NCBI GenBank assembly: GCA_010909165.1
Contig: MU008167.1
Location: 806,001 to 870,000 of the forward strand
Length of the DNA stretch: 64,000 bases
Reading direction: 5' to 3'
DNA from: Anthoceros angustus
Lineage: Eukaryota; Plantae; Anthocerotophyta
In this document: piece after piece, positions 27,050-40,964 of the stretch
How the letters are laid out: each line of letters begins with the position of its first letter
How positions within the stretch are numbered: position 1 is the stretch's first letter
Made by a program: the position numbers and the translations under genes
The notes under the pieces: model-generated
The model's database searches: none
Seen by the model: the letters and a program-made list of their open reading frames with translations, nothing else
Told to the model about the DNA's origin: nothing

Positions 27050-30000
27050 GTATGGCCAAGCGTTTAAGGACCGTTCGCGTCCGTTTCGTTCACGTTCGTC
27101 CTCTCTCGTTCCTCTCTCCTCACACACTTATCGGTCTTAGGGAAAGGCGCGGGTTACAGTCAGGACCTCCTCGTCGTTCTCTAGGCCTCTCTCGTCGGGC
27201 TCTGCCGCCTCCCTCCGGCTCACACCAGTCCGTTCGGTAGGCGGCTGGGCGAAACACGGGTCCCGATCACCTCCCGCACACCACAACACGTTAGGTCGTC
27301 ACGGGACCACGATCAATCTCTCCGAGCGCCGTGCTCGCCGGACTGTGACTCACGTTAGCAAGAAGACACACAAGGTGCAGCAGCGGCATCAACACCAAGA
27401 GAAAGATGATTTTATCTGGCAGCCCCTCTTATACTACGGCGCTCTACACTCTATTCGAAATGATGGGCAGTATACCTAATCGCCCTACCATCCTATTTTC
27501 CCCTATCTCCTTCCGGCTGTGGGCTGGAAGGTCCCGGTTCCGCCTTGGGATTGGTGGTCCAATCCCGTCCCCGGCAGCTTGCGGGCGCCTAATCGGATGA
27601 TCCGCAGGGACCTCCTCTCCCGAATCCCCGTCAGTTACACGGCGGCGGTTCACGACCGTGCTACCACGACGTCATCCTCCTCGGCCTCCCTGGGTCCCCT
27701 CCTGGGGCCACCGACCATCGGCTCCCAGCGAAGTCAGGGGCCCTCCTCATCGCAAGTCCCGACCTCGAGGTCCTCCACCCCGAGTCCGAACCCAGGGTCC
27801 GATTTCTCGAGTCCGCCTACTGGTCCTCTGGGTCGGACCTCGTGGTCCGAACTTATTACCGGGTCCGACTTATCTGGGACCTCAGATCGCTAGGTCCTTC
27901 CCTACCCCCCACCGGTCTTGGGTCGGGTTGGCTCCTCCTTCGCGCCTTTCGTGCCTGCCACCTCCCTTCTCACGAGCGCTGCGGTGAACTTACCTGGGTC
28001 CGCCAAGGCCTCCTCTTGAGGCTCTTCTCCCCGCCGTTGCCTCCAAACAGGGCCCCTAGAGTCCTCTGTGTCCCCATGCCCCTTCTTCCCCTCCGAGCCT
28101 TCCAGGTCCGCTATGCGCCGAGAGGCCTCCAGAGCTCAGTGGTAATAGGCAAAGTCCGAATCCACTTGTTGGATTGCTCTTCCACGTGTGCCGGAGCATC
28201 CGATACTCCCTTCGCCATAGGTGCTCCGGAGTCGAGCGTGCCGCCCTTGTTGGACCACCTCCCCGCCAGTTTGATAGCCGGCCGCTGGTCAGAGGCCGCA
28301 GGGCCGCCTCACCCTCCGCAACTGCCGCCGTTGCTCCACCCGCCCAACTCCTTCACTTCGCTCCGCCACCACCATAACGCAGCTCCCTTCCGCCTTCCTC
28401 AACGGACCAAGCTTCTTGTCCGCTTCCGGTTCCGCCTCTTGTCCATTCTCGGGCCGTTAACCCGCCATCTCCCTCTCCGCATTTGGCCGGGCAACTCGCT
28501 GATCATGCTTCGCCTGTGCCCTTCTCCATCTCGACGCCCCGCCTCCCTGCTCCATCGCGAACTCTCTCATTCGCCAGCGGAGCCGCTATTTCTGCTCGCT
28601 CACGACCATGTCCCGCAGACTACCATTCCTCTAATGGTAGCTCAGTCAGCCCAAAGTCTCCTGCGGTCTTCCATCTCCGCCGCTGGCCGCTCCACCTCCC
28701 GAGCCGAGTGAGATCCTCCATCTCCTTGTCGCGAACTTCCCCGGATGGCCGAGAAGACCAGGAGGTAGAAGCCACCGGGAGGCATGGTACTCCTCCGGAG
28801 AGCTTGGAGGGGCCCAGGAGGCAGAAGGCTGAAGCTCAAAGGGATTGAGGAAGGAAACGCCCGGGAGGCGAGAAGTCCGTCCATCCGCAAGGACCGGACT
28901 AAATTCCTTCAGAGGAGCACTGCTAAGGAGGCCCAAGCGGGCCGAGGACCTCTGCAGTGGTGAGCGCGAGGCTAAGAGGCCCGCGAGCAGCGTGGACTGA
29001 GGCGGACTAGACCGAGCCAAGTCGGAGGCTCAGTGAAGTGGAAGGAGGCGGGTTACCAAGAAGGGCCGATCGCGATCACTATCGGCGTGATCGAAACCAG
29101 GAGGGAGGCTACTGTAGCCACGCCAACTGGTGGCGCGGTGAGCAAGCAGACGAGCAGAACACGGAGGCCACCCCGGAAATCGGGGACCTGTATGCTACAG
29201 GAGGTAGAAGGGAGGCGGAGCTGAGGAGCAAGGACACCTTGGAGTTACAACTCCAAGACGCGTCGGAGCAGCAGGGGTTTCTCAACGAGAGAATCCAAGA
29301 CTTTACGAAGTCCAAGGAAACCATGGGGTTTGAACCCTAAACCCTTCAATTTTAACCTTAGTTACTCCAAACCCTAAAACGACGCCGAGACCCAAGGAGA
29401 ACCTCATTCCGAAGGCCAAGGCCTTTCAACACAATCCCAAAGGCCAAGGAATCTCCGTATCCTGACCCTATATATCCACTCCTTGGGATTTTCTTTGACC
29501 ACACAACACACCGTTTGACCACTCGAGTGCGTCCTCTTGCATGGGTGAGGCTGGCCCATGGGAGGTGGCGGATTTCAAGGCCTATCAGCTTCTCTTGGCC
29601 GAACTAGAAAAAGCCTTGGGCATCGAAGAGACCGGGATAGAGCGTGTGATGGACGATGGCATTTACACATGTGGACTACGGACTTCCCTTGGGGGTTAAG
29701 AAATAAGTAGGGTTTTGTTTTTTTTAGGAGCGAAGGATAAAATAAGGCGGAAAAAGGAGGAATAAGCACGGACAGCATCAGATCGCACCCGAGTATACCC
29801 TGACCGCTGGAATGGGCAACGACCCTGACCTACTATGACAGCCTGACCACGCCCACGGATAAGTCCGACTCACCCAGTCCAAGGTGATAAGTATGCCCGG
29901 AAAGTAACAGAAGTGAGCCGTGAGGACGGGACCAGCGGCGCCACGTGACACGGGAGGTCGGGCATGCACCGGTTAGGACCGTAGGCAAGGGCCGCAGGGT

Positions 30001-33000
30001 ATTCACGCTCACGCGCGGGCGCGAGCCGCAGTGCAGCAAGGCCGAGTAAGGAGGCGCAAGGTGGTCAGCTGGCGCGACTCCTGAGCCACTTTACGGAAGA
30101 GCGCCCCGCCGCCTTCACAGGCTTCTCTCGACTTGGCTGGTCTGGTCGGGCCGCCTCAGTCCGAGCCCTCTCTTGCGCCCGGGCCTCTTAGCCTCTGCTG
30201 CGCTACCCCTCTCACTGCGGAGGTCCTCGGCCAGCTTGGGCCTCCTTAGCACCTTGGTGCTCCTCCGGTGAAGGAATTTAGTCCGGTCCTTGCGGATGGA
30301 CGGACTTCCCTCTCGGCCTCCGGCGTTTCCCTTCCTCAATTCGGCCGAGGCTTGGCCTTCCTCCTTGCCTCCTGGGCCCCTCCAGCTGCTCACGGAGGAG
30401 CACCATGCCTCGGGTGGCTTCTACCTCCTGGGTCTTCTCGGCCATCCGAGACCCCAAAGCATGTCCATGGCCGGTAGCAGGACCCCGTGTTTCTTCCACG
30501 GCGCCTTGGTGAGGCTCCCACAAAGTCCGTAGTGGGGCGGCATTCATGATCCGCGGGGACCTCCATACTGCATGATCCGGGGTAAGTCGGTGGGTTCTCG
30601 GACCTAATCGGGGACCCTTAGGTCACGAGTCTTTGCTCGGGCTTCACCCTCCTTGGCCCTTTTGGCTCCTTCTCCGCCCTTTTCTCACAGGGCTCGGAGG
30701 AGGTGAGGGTCAGGAGCAAGCCCTTTGCCTCTTCGCCGGAGGCAGGACCCGGCTCGAGTGCAGTGCTGCGGTGACCTCCACTCCAGGCGTCCCTTACGCC
30801 CTCCTTCGCCTCTTCTTGCCACTCAGGTAGGCGGGGTAAGAACTTGGCACCGTCGAGGTCTTTGCGTTGTAAACCATCTTGCGTCTCTTGGTTCCCTTGG
30901 TCCGTGAGGCTCGGCGGTTGTGGTGGTGGGTGGGCTATTGGAGTCGGGGCCTCTGCTGGTTGCTCCGGGGGGGCACCGGGAGGAGGAAGCGATTTCCTCC
31001 CATACTTCCACAGGTGGTGAGGGGTCCGTTCGACGTATGGAGTCGAATTCCCTCGATCGTCCTCCTCCGGGTCCGTTTGGCCTTGAGGTCGGCCTCCACC
31101 TCGGGCGCCCTTGCGCTCCACTTCGGCGGGGCCTCCTTCCGGGCGCCGCTCAAGCTCTCCCTCCTTGAGGCTCGAAATGTCCCCATACATGGATCGGGTA
31201 TGGGGGCCAGCGAGGCTTCTCGCTCCTTGGCTTGCCTCGGCCAGGCGAAGATAATCCTTCCCGTCGCCCTCTTCCCGGGTAGCGCATGCGAGAATACCAG
31301 CGAGGTTATCACCAAGGTGATCCACCTTGGTGGCGAGTTCAATGGACAATGATCCGGGCTACCGCCCTTACTCGTATCCGGGGTCGGATATCAACCAGCC
31401 GTTGGTGGTCCTGCGTTCGAGCCTCGGCGCGCGTTGCGGCCCTATCTTCCCCTTCCGCCTTGAGGGGCTCGGCACCACCCCCTTCTTCCTCCTTTGGGCG
31501 GTTGTAGGCGCCCTCGGGACCTCAAGGTCCATCGCCTCGGGTCCTCCGGAGGTTCTTGGACGAACCTCCTTGTTGACCGCGCCCACATCTTCGGCGAACT
31601 CCCGGACGGTATGGCCGAGCGTCGACGGCAGGAACACATCCGGTGCCACTCCTCACTAATTCTCCCCTTCCTCCGGCCCGGGGCCCAAAGTCCGGATAGC
31701 GCGGGTCACAATGTTGCGCTCTCGAGGTTCCATGGCTCCCAAACTTCCATGAGCTTTTGGGTGCCATCGCCGTCTCCCCTTGTTCGTAGCTGGCCGGAGT
31801 TCAGCACGTCGCCCTCCTCGCGTTCGCTTGCTCCAACCCGGCGGTGAACCACGCTCGAAGGTGCTTGGGCGCTCAAAGAGATAAGCGAGGCGGGTTGCGG
31901 GCGCGAGGCTGCGGTGTCTCGGCAATGACCTTCCTTGACGCGCCTTTGGGTAAGGGGGCGCCTCTTCCACATAGCGCGGAGTGCATGGCTTACCGACCTT
32001 CGCCTCCGCTTACTGCGGCCTTACGCCGCGCCTACGGCCTTCGCGCGCAGGCGTGAATACACCTTATAACGGCCCAGGCTCGTCTGGCCACATGCCCGAC
32101 CTCCACTCGGGGCCGTCACGTGGCGCCGCCTTCATCCTCACGGCTCAACTTCTAAGTTACTTTCCTGGCGTACTTATCCTGTTTTGGACACAGGTGGGTC
32201 CGGACTTATCCGTTACCGTGTGGGTGCACTGCCATAGTGGGCATCGAAGAGGCCAAGGATAGGCGTGTGATGGGCGATGGCATTTACACATGTGGACTAC
32301 GGACTTCCTTGCCAGGGGTTAAGAAATAAAGTAGGGTTTTGTTTTTTAGGAGCGAAGGATAAAATAAAGGCGGAGGAAAAGAATAGCCAGATGCTGGGCA
32401 CTCGGAGTATACTCGGGCTGGAATGGGCAACGTGCCGGACCTACTATGGCCGGTAGCCGGTCGTGAGACAGCAGGATAAGTCCGGACTCACTCGAGTCCA
32501 GCGGGATAAATGCGCGGAAATAACAAAGTGACGTGAGGCCCGGACTAGCGGCGCCGTGGGCTGACCACGGTGGAGGTCGGGCATGCGGTGGCTGGTGTGC
32601 TTGCCAAGGCCGTTATAGCGGTATTCACGCGGCAATTTGCCTTGTGGCGTAAAACCCAGTCAGGCAGGCGGTAAGGCCCAGGCGTAAAGCGGGCGTAAAA
32701 TGAAATAAGCCATACGACCTCAGCGATTACAGACGAGGCGCCTTCCGCCAGTGTTACTCCAGGCGCGGCGGGAAGGTCATTGTTGCTACATGACCTCGAG
32801 ACAATTCTCATGATCTCTTGCGCTCATAACCCGGCTCTGGCGCTATCTCTTGAGCGCCCAGCACTCTCGGCGTAGTCCCTTTATCCCGGGGTTGGAGAGC
32901 GACGAGGAGGCGCATCGTGCGGTGAACTCCGGCCCGGCTCGGCGGCAAGGAAGGCGAAGCGATGGCACCCAAAAAGCCTGCGGAGTTTGGGAACCATGGA

Positions 33001-34320
33001 ACCTCGTGGAAGTAACATTGTGACGCTACCGGACTTTGGGCCTTAGGTGGAGGCGGGGAGGGTGGTGCGGGAGTGGCACTTGGATCGTTCAGGGCAGTGC
33101 AGGCGTTCGGCAGTGTCACTCTGTCGGGAGTTCGCCGGGAAGATCTTGTGACGGTCAGCCAGCAGGAGGTGCAGTCCAAGAACCTCACGGGAGGACCCAG
33201 GCGATGGACCTTGGAGGTCTGAGGCGGCCTACAACCGCCCAAAGAGGAAGAAGGGGGTAGTTGGGCCCTCAAGGCGAGAGGAAGATAGGAGCGGCATGCT
33301 GGCGTCTTTGCGAGGCAACTGGGGCCTTGAGAAGGACCACCAGCGGTGGTGATATCGACCTCTTTGGCGGTCGTAAGGGCGGTAGCCGGATCATTGTCCA
33401 TTGAACACGCTCACCAAGGTGGATCACCTTGGTGATAACTGTGGTATTCTGCATGCGCTACGGCGGAAGAGAGGCGGTGGGAAGGATTATCTTCTGGTTT
33501 AGTCGGGAGGCCGCAAGCTCGGGGCAGAAGCCTCGCCATCAGCTGTCCCCATACACGATCCATGTGGGGACATTCGCTCACAGGAGGAGGGAAGCTGAGG
33601 CGCTCGGAAAGGGGCCAGGCCTACTTGAAGTGGAGCGGACAAGAGCGCCAGAGGGAGGCCCGTGGCGAGGCCAAGCGGACCGGGAGGGCGACTGGGAGGG
33701 AATTCCGGACTCCATCGTCTGCAGGCGGACCCCTCACCACCCAGTATGGGAAGAATCCCTTCCCTCCTCACAGTGCCCCAATAAGGGCAGCCCGGTCAGG
33801 CGGCCCGACCCTAGTAGCCCGCCACAGGCTACAACCAGGCCCGGCCCGTCGGACCCGAGGAGGGAACCGAAGAGATGCCAAGGCAGCTACCAGCGGCACC
33901 TCGGGGTGCAGTACCCTTACCCACCGGAGTGGCAAGAAGCGGAGGCAGTAAGGAGGCGAGAAGGGACGCCCAGGGAGGCAGAGGACATGGCAGCCGGAGC
34001 AGTCTGTCAGCGGCGAGAAGGGGCAAAAAGGCTTGCTCCGGACCCCTCACCTCCTCCGAGCCCCGAGGGAAAAAGTGCGGAGAAGGAGCTCATGACGGCC
34101 AAAAGGGCCAAGGAGGTGGCTCACACGGCTCGGCCGAGACCTAAGGGTCACGATTAGGTCGAGAGGAACGTCTGGACTTACTCCGACGGTATGGAGTCCT
34201 GGCCGGACCGTGAAATGCTGACTCCGCTATGGACTTTGTGGGAGCCTCACGCGGTAATGACCGTGGAAGAAACTGCAGTGAGGTCACAGCTCGTCATGGA
34301 CGGTATGCTTTGGGGTCTCT
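27050..34320. mobile_element. Complex of GC-rich repeat-family copies in alternating orientation (probable LTR-retroelement remnants)
   Basis: Inverted pairs 28743-29040/30110-30447 and 30448-32238/32443-34319, and direct pair 29618-30060/32239-32700. No recognisable RT or integrase. Confidence 0.6.
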
Positions 34321-36243
34321 GAGTTTGTTTAACTCTGACGCTAGTTACCAAAACCCAAGGACAAATATGTGTATTGATAGGTAATATAACACCATGTTAT
34401 TAATGGATATGAGTGGATTTCCGGCGAGTAGGGTGAGCATGTGACCGTATTAGTTTGGATTCACTCCCGCCAGAATCACAAGGAGTTTACGTTCAAAACC
34501 ATGAGCCAGGCTTTGCCACTTGCTTATGCGCTCTCAATTTCCACCGGACTTTACAACTCCAGGGTCCAAGGCCAGCAGGGAAGACACATTAGCGCGTAGC
34601 TTGGCAGAGGTGATGGGAGCATGGGTTACCGCAAGGTATGTTGATCTCCATGTGTTTCCATTCCGTCACTCTACGACTGCAGCTTGTGCGTGTTGTGCTT
34701 CCATAGCTCCTGTTAATCGCAACCAACGATGTGTCCAAATGCCTAAGCTGAAGAAAATAAAGTTGAGGGCTGAGACGGACTTGGAGACACGTCGTGTGGC
34801 GACCGCCATTGTCATTGGAGATCTTTTGCGATTGAAGCCACATTGAAGGACACTCTAAATTTGGACACAAAATTGGTTGGCTTAGCGGGGAACATGGAAA
34901 TTGGTACGCAGATTTTGGGTGACGCTACGGTTGCTCAAAGGGACCCTACTAGAAAAGGGCACCCTATGTTACAGTCGATGTTGCAATTTTTTGTTACACT
35001 TCCACATTGCAACATGTTTTGGAGGCTTGGTATTAAGTTTGTTAGTTCTCCCCGTTTGGTGCGACCATCTTAACACGAACTGCACTCTCTCTTCCCACCT
35101 CACCCTTGGTACACCTCTCTCACAAGCATTATTAATAATTTCCCACCTTCCTTATTACGATCGTGTTGCAATTTTATGTAACACTTCCAACTTGCAACAT
35201 GTTTTGATGGCTTGGTGTTAAGTTGGTCCATTTTTTCTCTTCCTTCTCCCACCATCCTAACACAATGCTTGGTCTCTCACTTCATGTACCACTTCAAAAT
35301 TGCAACACTCTTTGGTGGCTTGGTATTCAGGGTGTCAATTTCCTTGTCCACCTTCTCACCCCATCTTAACACAATGCTTGGTCTCTCTCCTCTCACCTCA
35401 CCACCTATTTATTGCTCCCTTATCACACCCTTTTATACTCTTTCACTTCTCCTCCTCCATCATGACGTGAGAAGGACCTCCCCTATCACAACCATTTTAT
35501 ACTCTTCCTCTTCCTCTTGCAACATGATTGTAACAAGGACCTCTCTCTCCCCGTGTCCTTCCCTTCCTATTTTACCTCCTTTGCATATCCTTTGTATACA
35601 TATATATGTATATAGGCTTCAAGACATAAGTATGTAAGTATGTGTACATATATATGTACACATCCATCGTTATACTTATATTATATTAGTGTACTTATAT
35701 ATGCCTCCTTTGTATATGTATATATATGTATATAGGCGTCAAGACTTGTTTATATAGTAATATGTATGTGCTAACCCTTACGTCACTCTCATACCTTGCA
35801 TATATAAGTGTTTGATTTTATTGACAAATTAATTGGAATTTTTGGACGGTTCAAGTCCTCTATCCCTTTCGACATCGGTGGCTTTGTTGCCGATGCAATG
35901 GCTTTATCTACAAACATGTACGTCTTCCAAGTGATATGGCTACGCGTCTTGCACGTCACTTGGTGACTCTTCGCACCAACACCATTGTTTTCGTGGTTCC
36001 TCCACAACTTCCTAGACCTATCCAGGCCTCAATCACCACTTTCACGAAGGACCCCGTAAATGCTAGGCTATAAAGGTGGGAATACCAATTCCATCTGTTG
36101 TTGATTGACCATCACCGTCCACCACGCATCTTGGCGACTCCGGTCGCAAGAAAATGGCTCAACATTCACATTCCCCTCCACAAACGGCCACCGCCACGGT
36201 TGTTTTCCAGTTACGTCGGCATGCGCCTCCGCATTCTCTCATC

Positions 36244-36342
36244 CATCCAGTTCCCCACCATCTCTCCGGTGCTCCGCTCCCACATCCAGTTCCCCACCAT
36301 CTCTCCAGCGCTCCGCTCCCACATCCGGGTTCCCCACCATCG
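36244..36342. repeat. 39-bp tandem repeat, about 2.5 copies
   Basis: CATCCAGTTCCCCACCATCTCTCC(G/A)G(T/C)GCTCCGCTCCCA repeated. Confidence 0.85.
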
Positions 36343-37719
36343 TTGCCTCCAGCATCACTTGTGACGCCCCTGCTTGCCACCTTTCCTCCATCTTCCTTCT
36401 CTCCACTAGTATCTGTGCCTTCCTTCGACATGGCCTTCACCTTCCACCGCTTTCCTTCCCTTCTTCCCTGCGTCATGCACACACATCACTTAGAGCTCAC
36501 GTCCTACATATCACCACGTCGCACCAACCATCAACTCCTCATTCTCCACCCAACCTCCATCGCATAACCGCTCAGCCATGTACACTCCACCACGCCCATG
36601 CACGCACAACACGACAATGACGTCGTCTAGTGGCTTACCAGCCAACCGCTCCATCAATTCTCCAATTTGGTAGTGGCAATGTAGTCGGTATGTCGGTCTC
36701 CACCTCATCATCCGCCATCTCCACATCCGCCTCCTCTTGCGCTTTCCCCATCATTCGCCCATGTCCTTCTCCTCTCCTCCCGACCATCATATGCACGCGT
36801 TCCTTGGCGCCTCCGCAACCGCCTCCTCCAGTGGCCTCTCACTCCCGGGCAGCGGTTTCCTCCCCTCCACAGGCATCCTCCTCCCACGTTGTTGGGGTTT
36901 CCATCGCCACCGACAAGGTCCACAAGACCAATGGCCTCTCTCTCGCCAGCCACACGGTCGGCCTCTTGGGCAGCACCACCATGCTCCTCCCGATCACCAC
37001 AGTCCTCTTTCTCCGGACTCACGCCAAATTCCTCCTCCCCTCCTGATGTCACGGCCCTGGCAGATTCCTCCTCTGAAAGTTTTGGATTCTCTCCTGCAGC
37101 AAACAGCTCCAGCGTTAGCTCCCCACCTATTAGAGACACCCACTCCCCTTGCGGCCGCTTTCTCTCAGCATCGTCCTCCTCTTTGGCAGCAGACTCCACT
37201 GCTGTTGGAAGTTGCTCCCCTCAAGCACCCGGCACCTCTCTCGCCGCCTCCTCACGCGATGATCATCCACCCTCTCCACTTGATTGAATCCGCATTCTCC
37301 ACAGGCGCCCACCTCACTTGCCGCCTAGGACCATCCTTCGTGCTTCCATCCAAGAAGGGGACTACGTGGCATGCCATCCGGCTCCTTGCCTTGCCATGCC
37401 ACCTTCCCTCACTTCCGTGTTTGTGCAAGTGCACGAAACCTTCCTTGTCCACGTATGCCATTCCTCCATGCATGCCATATATAGTCCCCGCTTTTTATGA
37501 CCATTTCGTGACCAAGGACAAGTGTTTGCAATGCGATTTGAGTGGCCGATGACCAAGGAAGTGCCATGCCATGACAAGGTCATGGCCATCTTACAACGCC
37601 ATGAACCAAGGACAATGGTTCCCTTTCTCTCAAATAAAATTCTCCCTCCACCATGGTCCAAGGAAGGTGGGTGCAAGCCATTAGAATAATTGAAAACTCA
37701 TGGCATGGAAGAAAACATG

Positions 37720-37960
37720 CCACGTCAAGGTCGTTTGAACCACCGCTCCAACTTTGGTAATAATCTATATCAACATCTACACCATTGTGCAAGGACGGTG
37801 GGTGGCACGTGAGAGCCATTCAAGCAAACTAAATGCCCCTTTCATTATGCCATGAATGAAGGACCGTCAGTATGTGAATTTGCCATATATATGCCAATTC
37901 CGTTCTCCTAGATAATGATGTCCATCGTTCGAGACTCCACTCTGCGTCACTATGGCGTCG
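37720..37960 (-). pseudogene. Possible highly decayed MULE/SWIM-type transposase fragment
   Basis: Across frameshifts HSDA..SLERW, IYMANSHTDGPSF, FIHGI..LEWLSRATH and DIDY..GSN follow the order of At1g60560-like MULE proteins (DDQASIKIW, FFYQESSETDQF, LGIQTEWQLQQLVRFGH, AADSTFG). Weak. Confidence 0.35.
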
Positions 37961-40448
37961 CAAACATAAGTTTCCAGCCCTTAGGAGACATGAAAACAAA
38001 CGCATTCGCGCTCCTTTATGGCCGCGGCTTCACACTCATTGCATTTACCAAAACCGTCATTTGTTGGCGAGTATCAAAGCGCCATGTTTGGTTTGTCACA
38101 TGTAAGGAACTTGAAATTCAAGATCCTCTCATCCGCAACCCGATGTGGCTCGGGGCACAAGAGGGCTAGAAGGTGGTGGTCCGCTTTAAATGTCACCACC
38201 TTGCCCTCGCTTCACGCTACTACCTTTCTCTTGGTCATCCTCGCTGCGGGCTCTTCAGGAAACATGCCACTGCGCTCTCCTGCTACCTTATGCCATGTAT
38301 GACGGACATGTTGACGTATGCGGAGCTAGCTTCCCGGAAACCTAAATGGGCGTGGAGTGGTAGTTCGCACCACGAGGCGTGTGTTCATGTCTCCATCTTG
38401 GTGCACAACTAGAAATCTGTTGATGGCCATCAAGGATCCTTTGCAAAGGTTGGAGGCGGTGTCACCGCCTCATGGCGTGGAGCGAGCATCTCGTGGCTAT
38501 CCCTCGTGGGGACTTGCCGTTCGGTGGCGGTGGTTCCTTCCACATGGTGCGGGCATGGTGTTCGTGACCACACACGGTATGGCTGGGGGTTCTGAGGCGC
38601 GGATGTGAACACTTTTTGGCCCTATTCGCCTACCTACAAGTCCATGCCGCGCTAAAGTGTTTGTGGAATCCGCATAAGTCAAAACCGCCGCCCTTGCACG
38701 ACTGTGTCTTTGTGGATCATTGCGTGTGTGCACATTATTGTTGCACAGTGGTGGAAAGCGATGGCCATTAAGGACAAGGGCTGCAATTCCACTGTCGATG
38801 GCCATCGAGGATGATGGATGGGAGGTTGCTCTCCCTCGTCGGCCATCAAGGACTGGTATGGAGGCCGTCGTCCCTTGGCTCTTGTCTACGGGGCATGGCA
38901 CGTCGTGTGGCGAGGGGCGGTTTATACCTCACAATGTGGGGACATATGCTTACCGTAATTAAACATTGGGATGGGAAAGTCCTTCATCCTTGATCACTAC
39001 TTGTACTTCCCATGTCACGCAATAAAACTCGATGACCTCTTGTCTTGGCGGAATGGATGGGTATGGTTTGGTGCCCGTCCATACCGTTGACCGGACATGA
39101 CAAGTCACCCACGCGACTTACGAGTCCTTGAAAGTGGAATAAATCATGTATGGTGATTGGTTTGCATGCTATAGTCTATTGTCTCCTCCCTCACGGATGC
39201 ACAAGGCAATCTTTGGTCGTGGAAGACGATGATTAATGGTAAAATGCGAATGGGCGCATTGAGAGGCGGTGCGCCATGTGGGCAATATAATACATCATGA
39301 GTAACGTCAGTAACCAATGGGACATGAAACTTGCTCCCAAGTCTCCGAGGTTGTGGTCGAAAATTGTTGATTATGGGCAAGTAGCATGTGCACACGGTAG
39401 CGCTCCGCCAAGAGGAGTAAATGACAACGGGCCTTTGCAAACAAAGCTTTTCAAAATAGCAGCCTTGAATTCGTAGGGACTCATGGCACGCACCTTTCAC
39501 GAGAGGAAGCCATTGCCTTGAGATGGCAGGTGGTGGACAACCGTTCGCGGATGGGGAGTATGGCGAGGTGAAGCTTGCTAGGGGAGTCACGTATGGCGCT
39601 CACCATGACGCGCCGCCGGCAGACCGTCTGGGTGGGGAGGATGAGGGGCCAAATGGCCTCGGGCTATCTCGCTCATCCACCGCACGGCGGTCTCCATTCG
39701 ACATCGGCGATGTGAAGAAGCGGCCTCCTCGTCGGTGAGAGGTAAGAGGCGACATGGGCTGCCGAGCCAACTTGATTTTGACGACTTTGAGACGTGGAAC
39801 CTCCGGCCCACGGATGCGGAGTTGGAGCTGCGTCAGAAGTGAAGGAAATAGATGAAGAGCTATTTTTGCTGGATGAGGTGGGTTTTGCGGACTCGCGTTA
39901 ATGGCAAGTGACGCGGCAAAGTGTGCACGTTAAGTTTGCAGCCGGATGAGTGGGCATGGTGGACAAACGGGTAACACATGTGCACGCATCTTGGCGTTCA
40001 AGCTTGGAGACAAGGGAGGCAACCTTTCGAGGGGCGGTGTGGCGATTGCTAGAAGGGAAAGGGTGGAAATCGTGAAAGGCGATAGTGGGGTTACGTACTG
40101 AGTTCCTTCAGTAAGATAGGGAGTGTATGAAAAGATCCTAGAGGTTCAGGCTATTGCAAGGAGAACAAGGAAATGACCATTTTTAACGACATTGAATTGA
40201 AGATGGATCGATATGGTGGCCTTTCCGAGACGACGGAAGGAAGGGGTGGGAGGCAACGATGGTGCGAGGTGGTGACATGGACGGCGAGGCTATCAAGGAA
40301 TGCGATGGCGCGGAAGGGGCTTGGGAGGAAGGAGGCCGGAGGGGCGAGGGACAACGGACTTTGAATGGGAAAGGCGACGATGAACAAGGAGCGAAGTGGA
40401 GGCAGGGCCGTCTTGAGGAAGCATGAGAGGAGGCGGAGGGAACCAGTG

Positions 40449-40799
40449 GCATGTGGGATTGTGGTGCCGCGACACCACGATTGCCTAGGGATGGTGGAAG
40501 CGCATGCACAGGATTGGGGTCAATGGAGGCACAAGCATGTCGGTGGGCAGCAAGCAAATAATGGAAAAGAGGTGGAGGGTGCCGACCGCGGTGTGACATG
40601 TATGGGGAGGGAGGCGGAGGGGAGTGGCAGTGTGGGCGATATTGTGGTGCCGCGACACCACGATTGCCTAGGGTTGGTGGAAGCCGCATGCCCAGGATTG
40701 GGGTCAATGGAGGCAACGAGGGCATGTCGGGTGCAGCAAATAATGGAAAAGAGGTGGAGGGTGCCCGAGACCGCGGTGACCATGTATGGGGAGGGAGGC
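40449..40799. repeat. ~178-bp direct tandem duplication
   Basis: Both copies contain TTGTGGTGCCGCGACACCACGATTGCCTAGGG and AATAATGGAAAAGAGGTGGAGGGTGCC. Confidence 0.85.
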
Positions 40800-40964
40800 C
40801 GTTGGGATCGAGATGGAGTGGCGCCGATGGAGGCGGGAACAAGGTGTGTGGAGGCGAGTCGGGTGGTGGAGCACGGAGGCAAGCGAACCGTCACCAAGAA
40901 ACACACTTGTGTGCACTATGGACAAAAATCGCGGGGGACTAGGAGGAGGCGGGGCGGAGGACAA

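Noticed and set aside
29329-29380. Telomere-like CCCTAAA motifs (also at ~23452)
   Set aside because: Only one or two degenerate units, embedded in a repeat family; too short to call an interstitial telomere.
27050-34320. DIRS/tyrosine-recombinase retrotransposon as the explanation of the inverted repeats
   Set aside because: No RT, RNase H or tyrosine-recombinase motifs could be read; kept only as an alternative in the findings.
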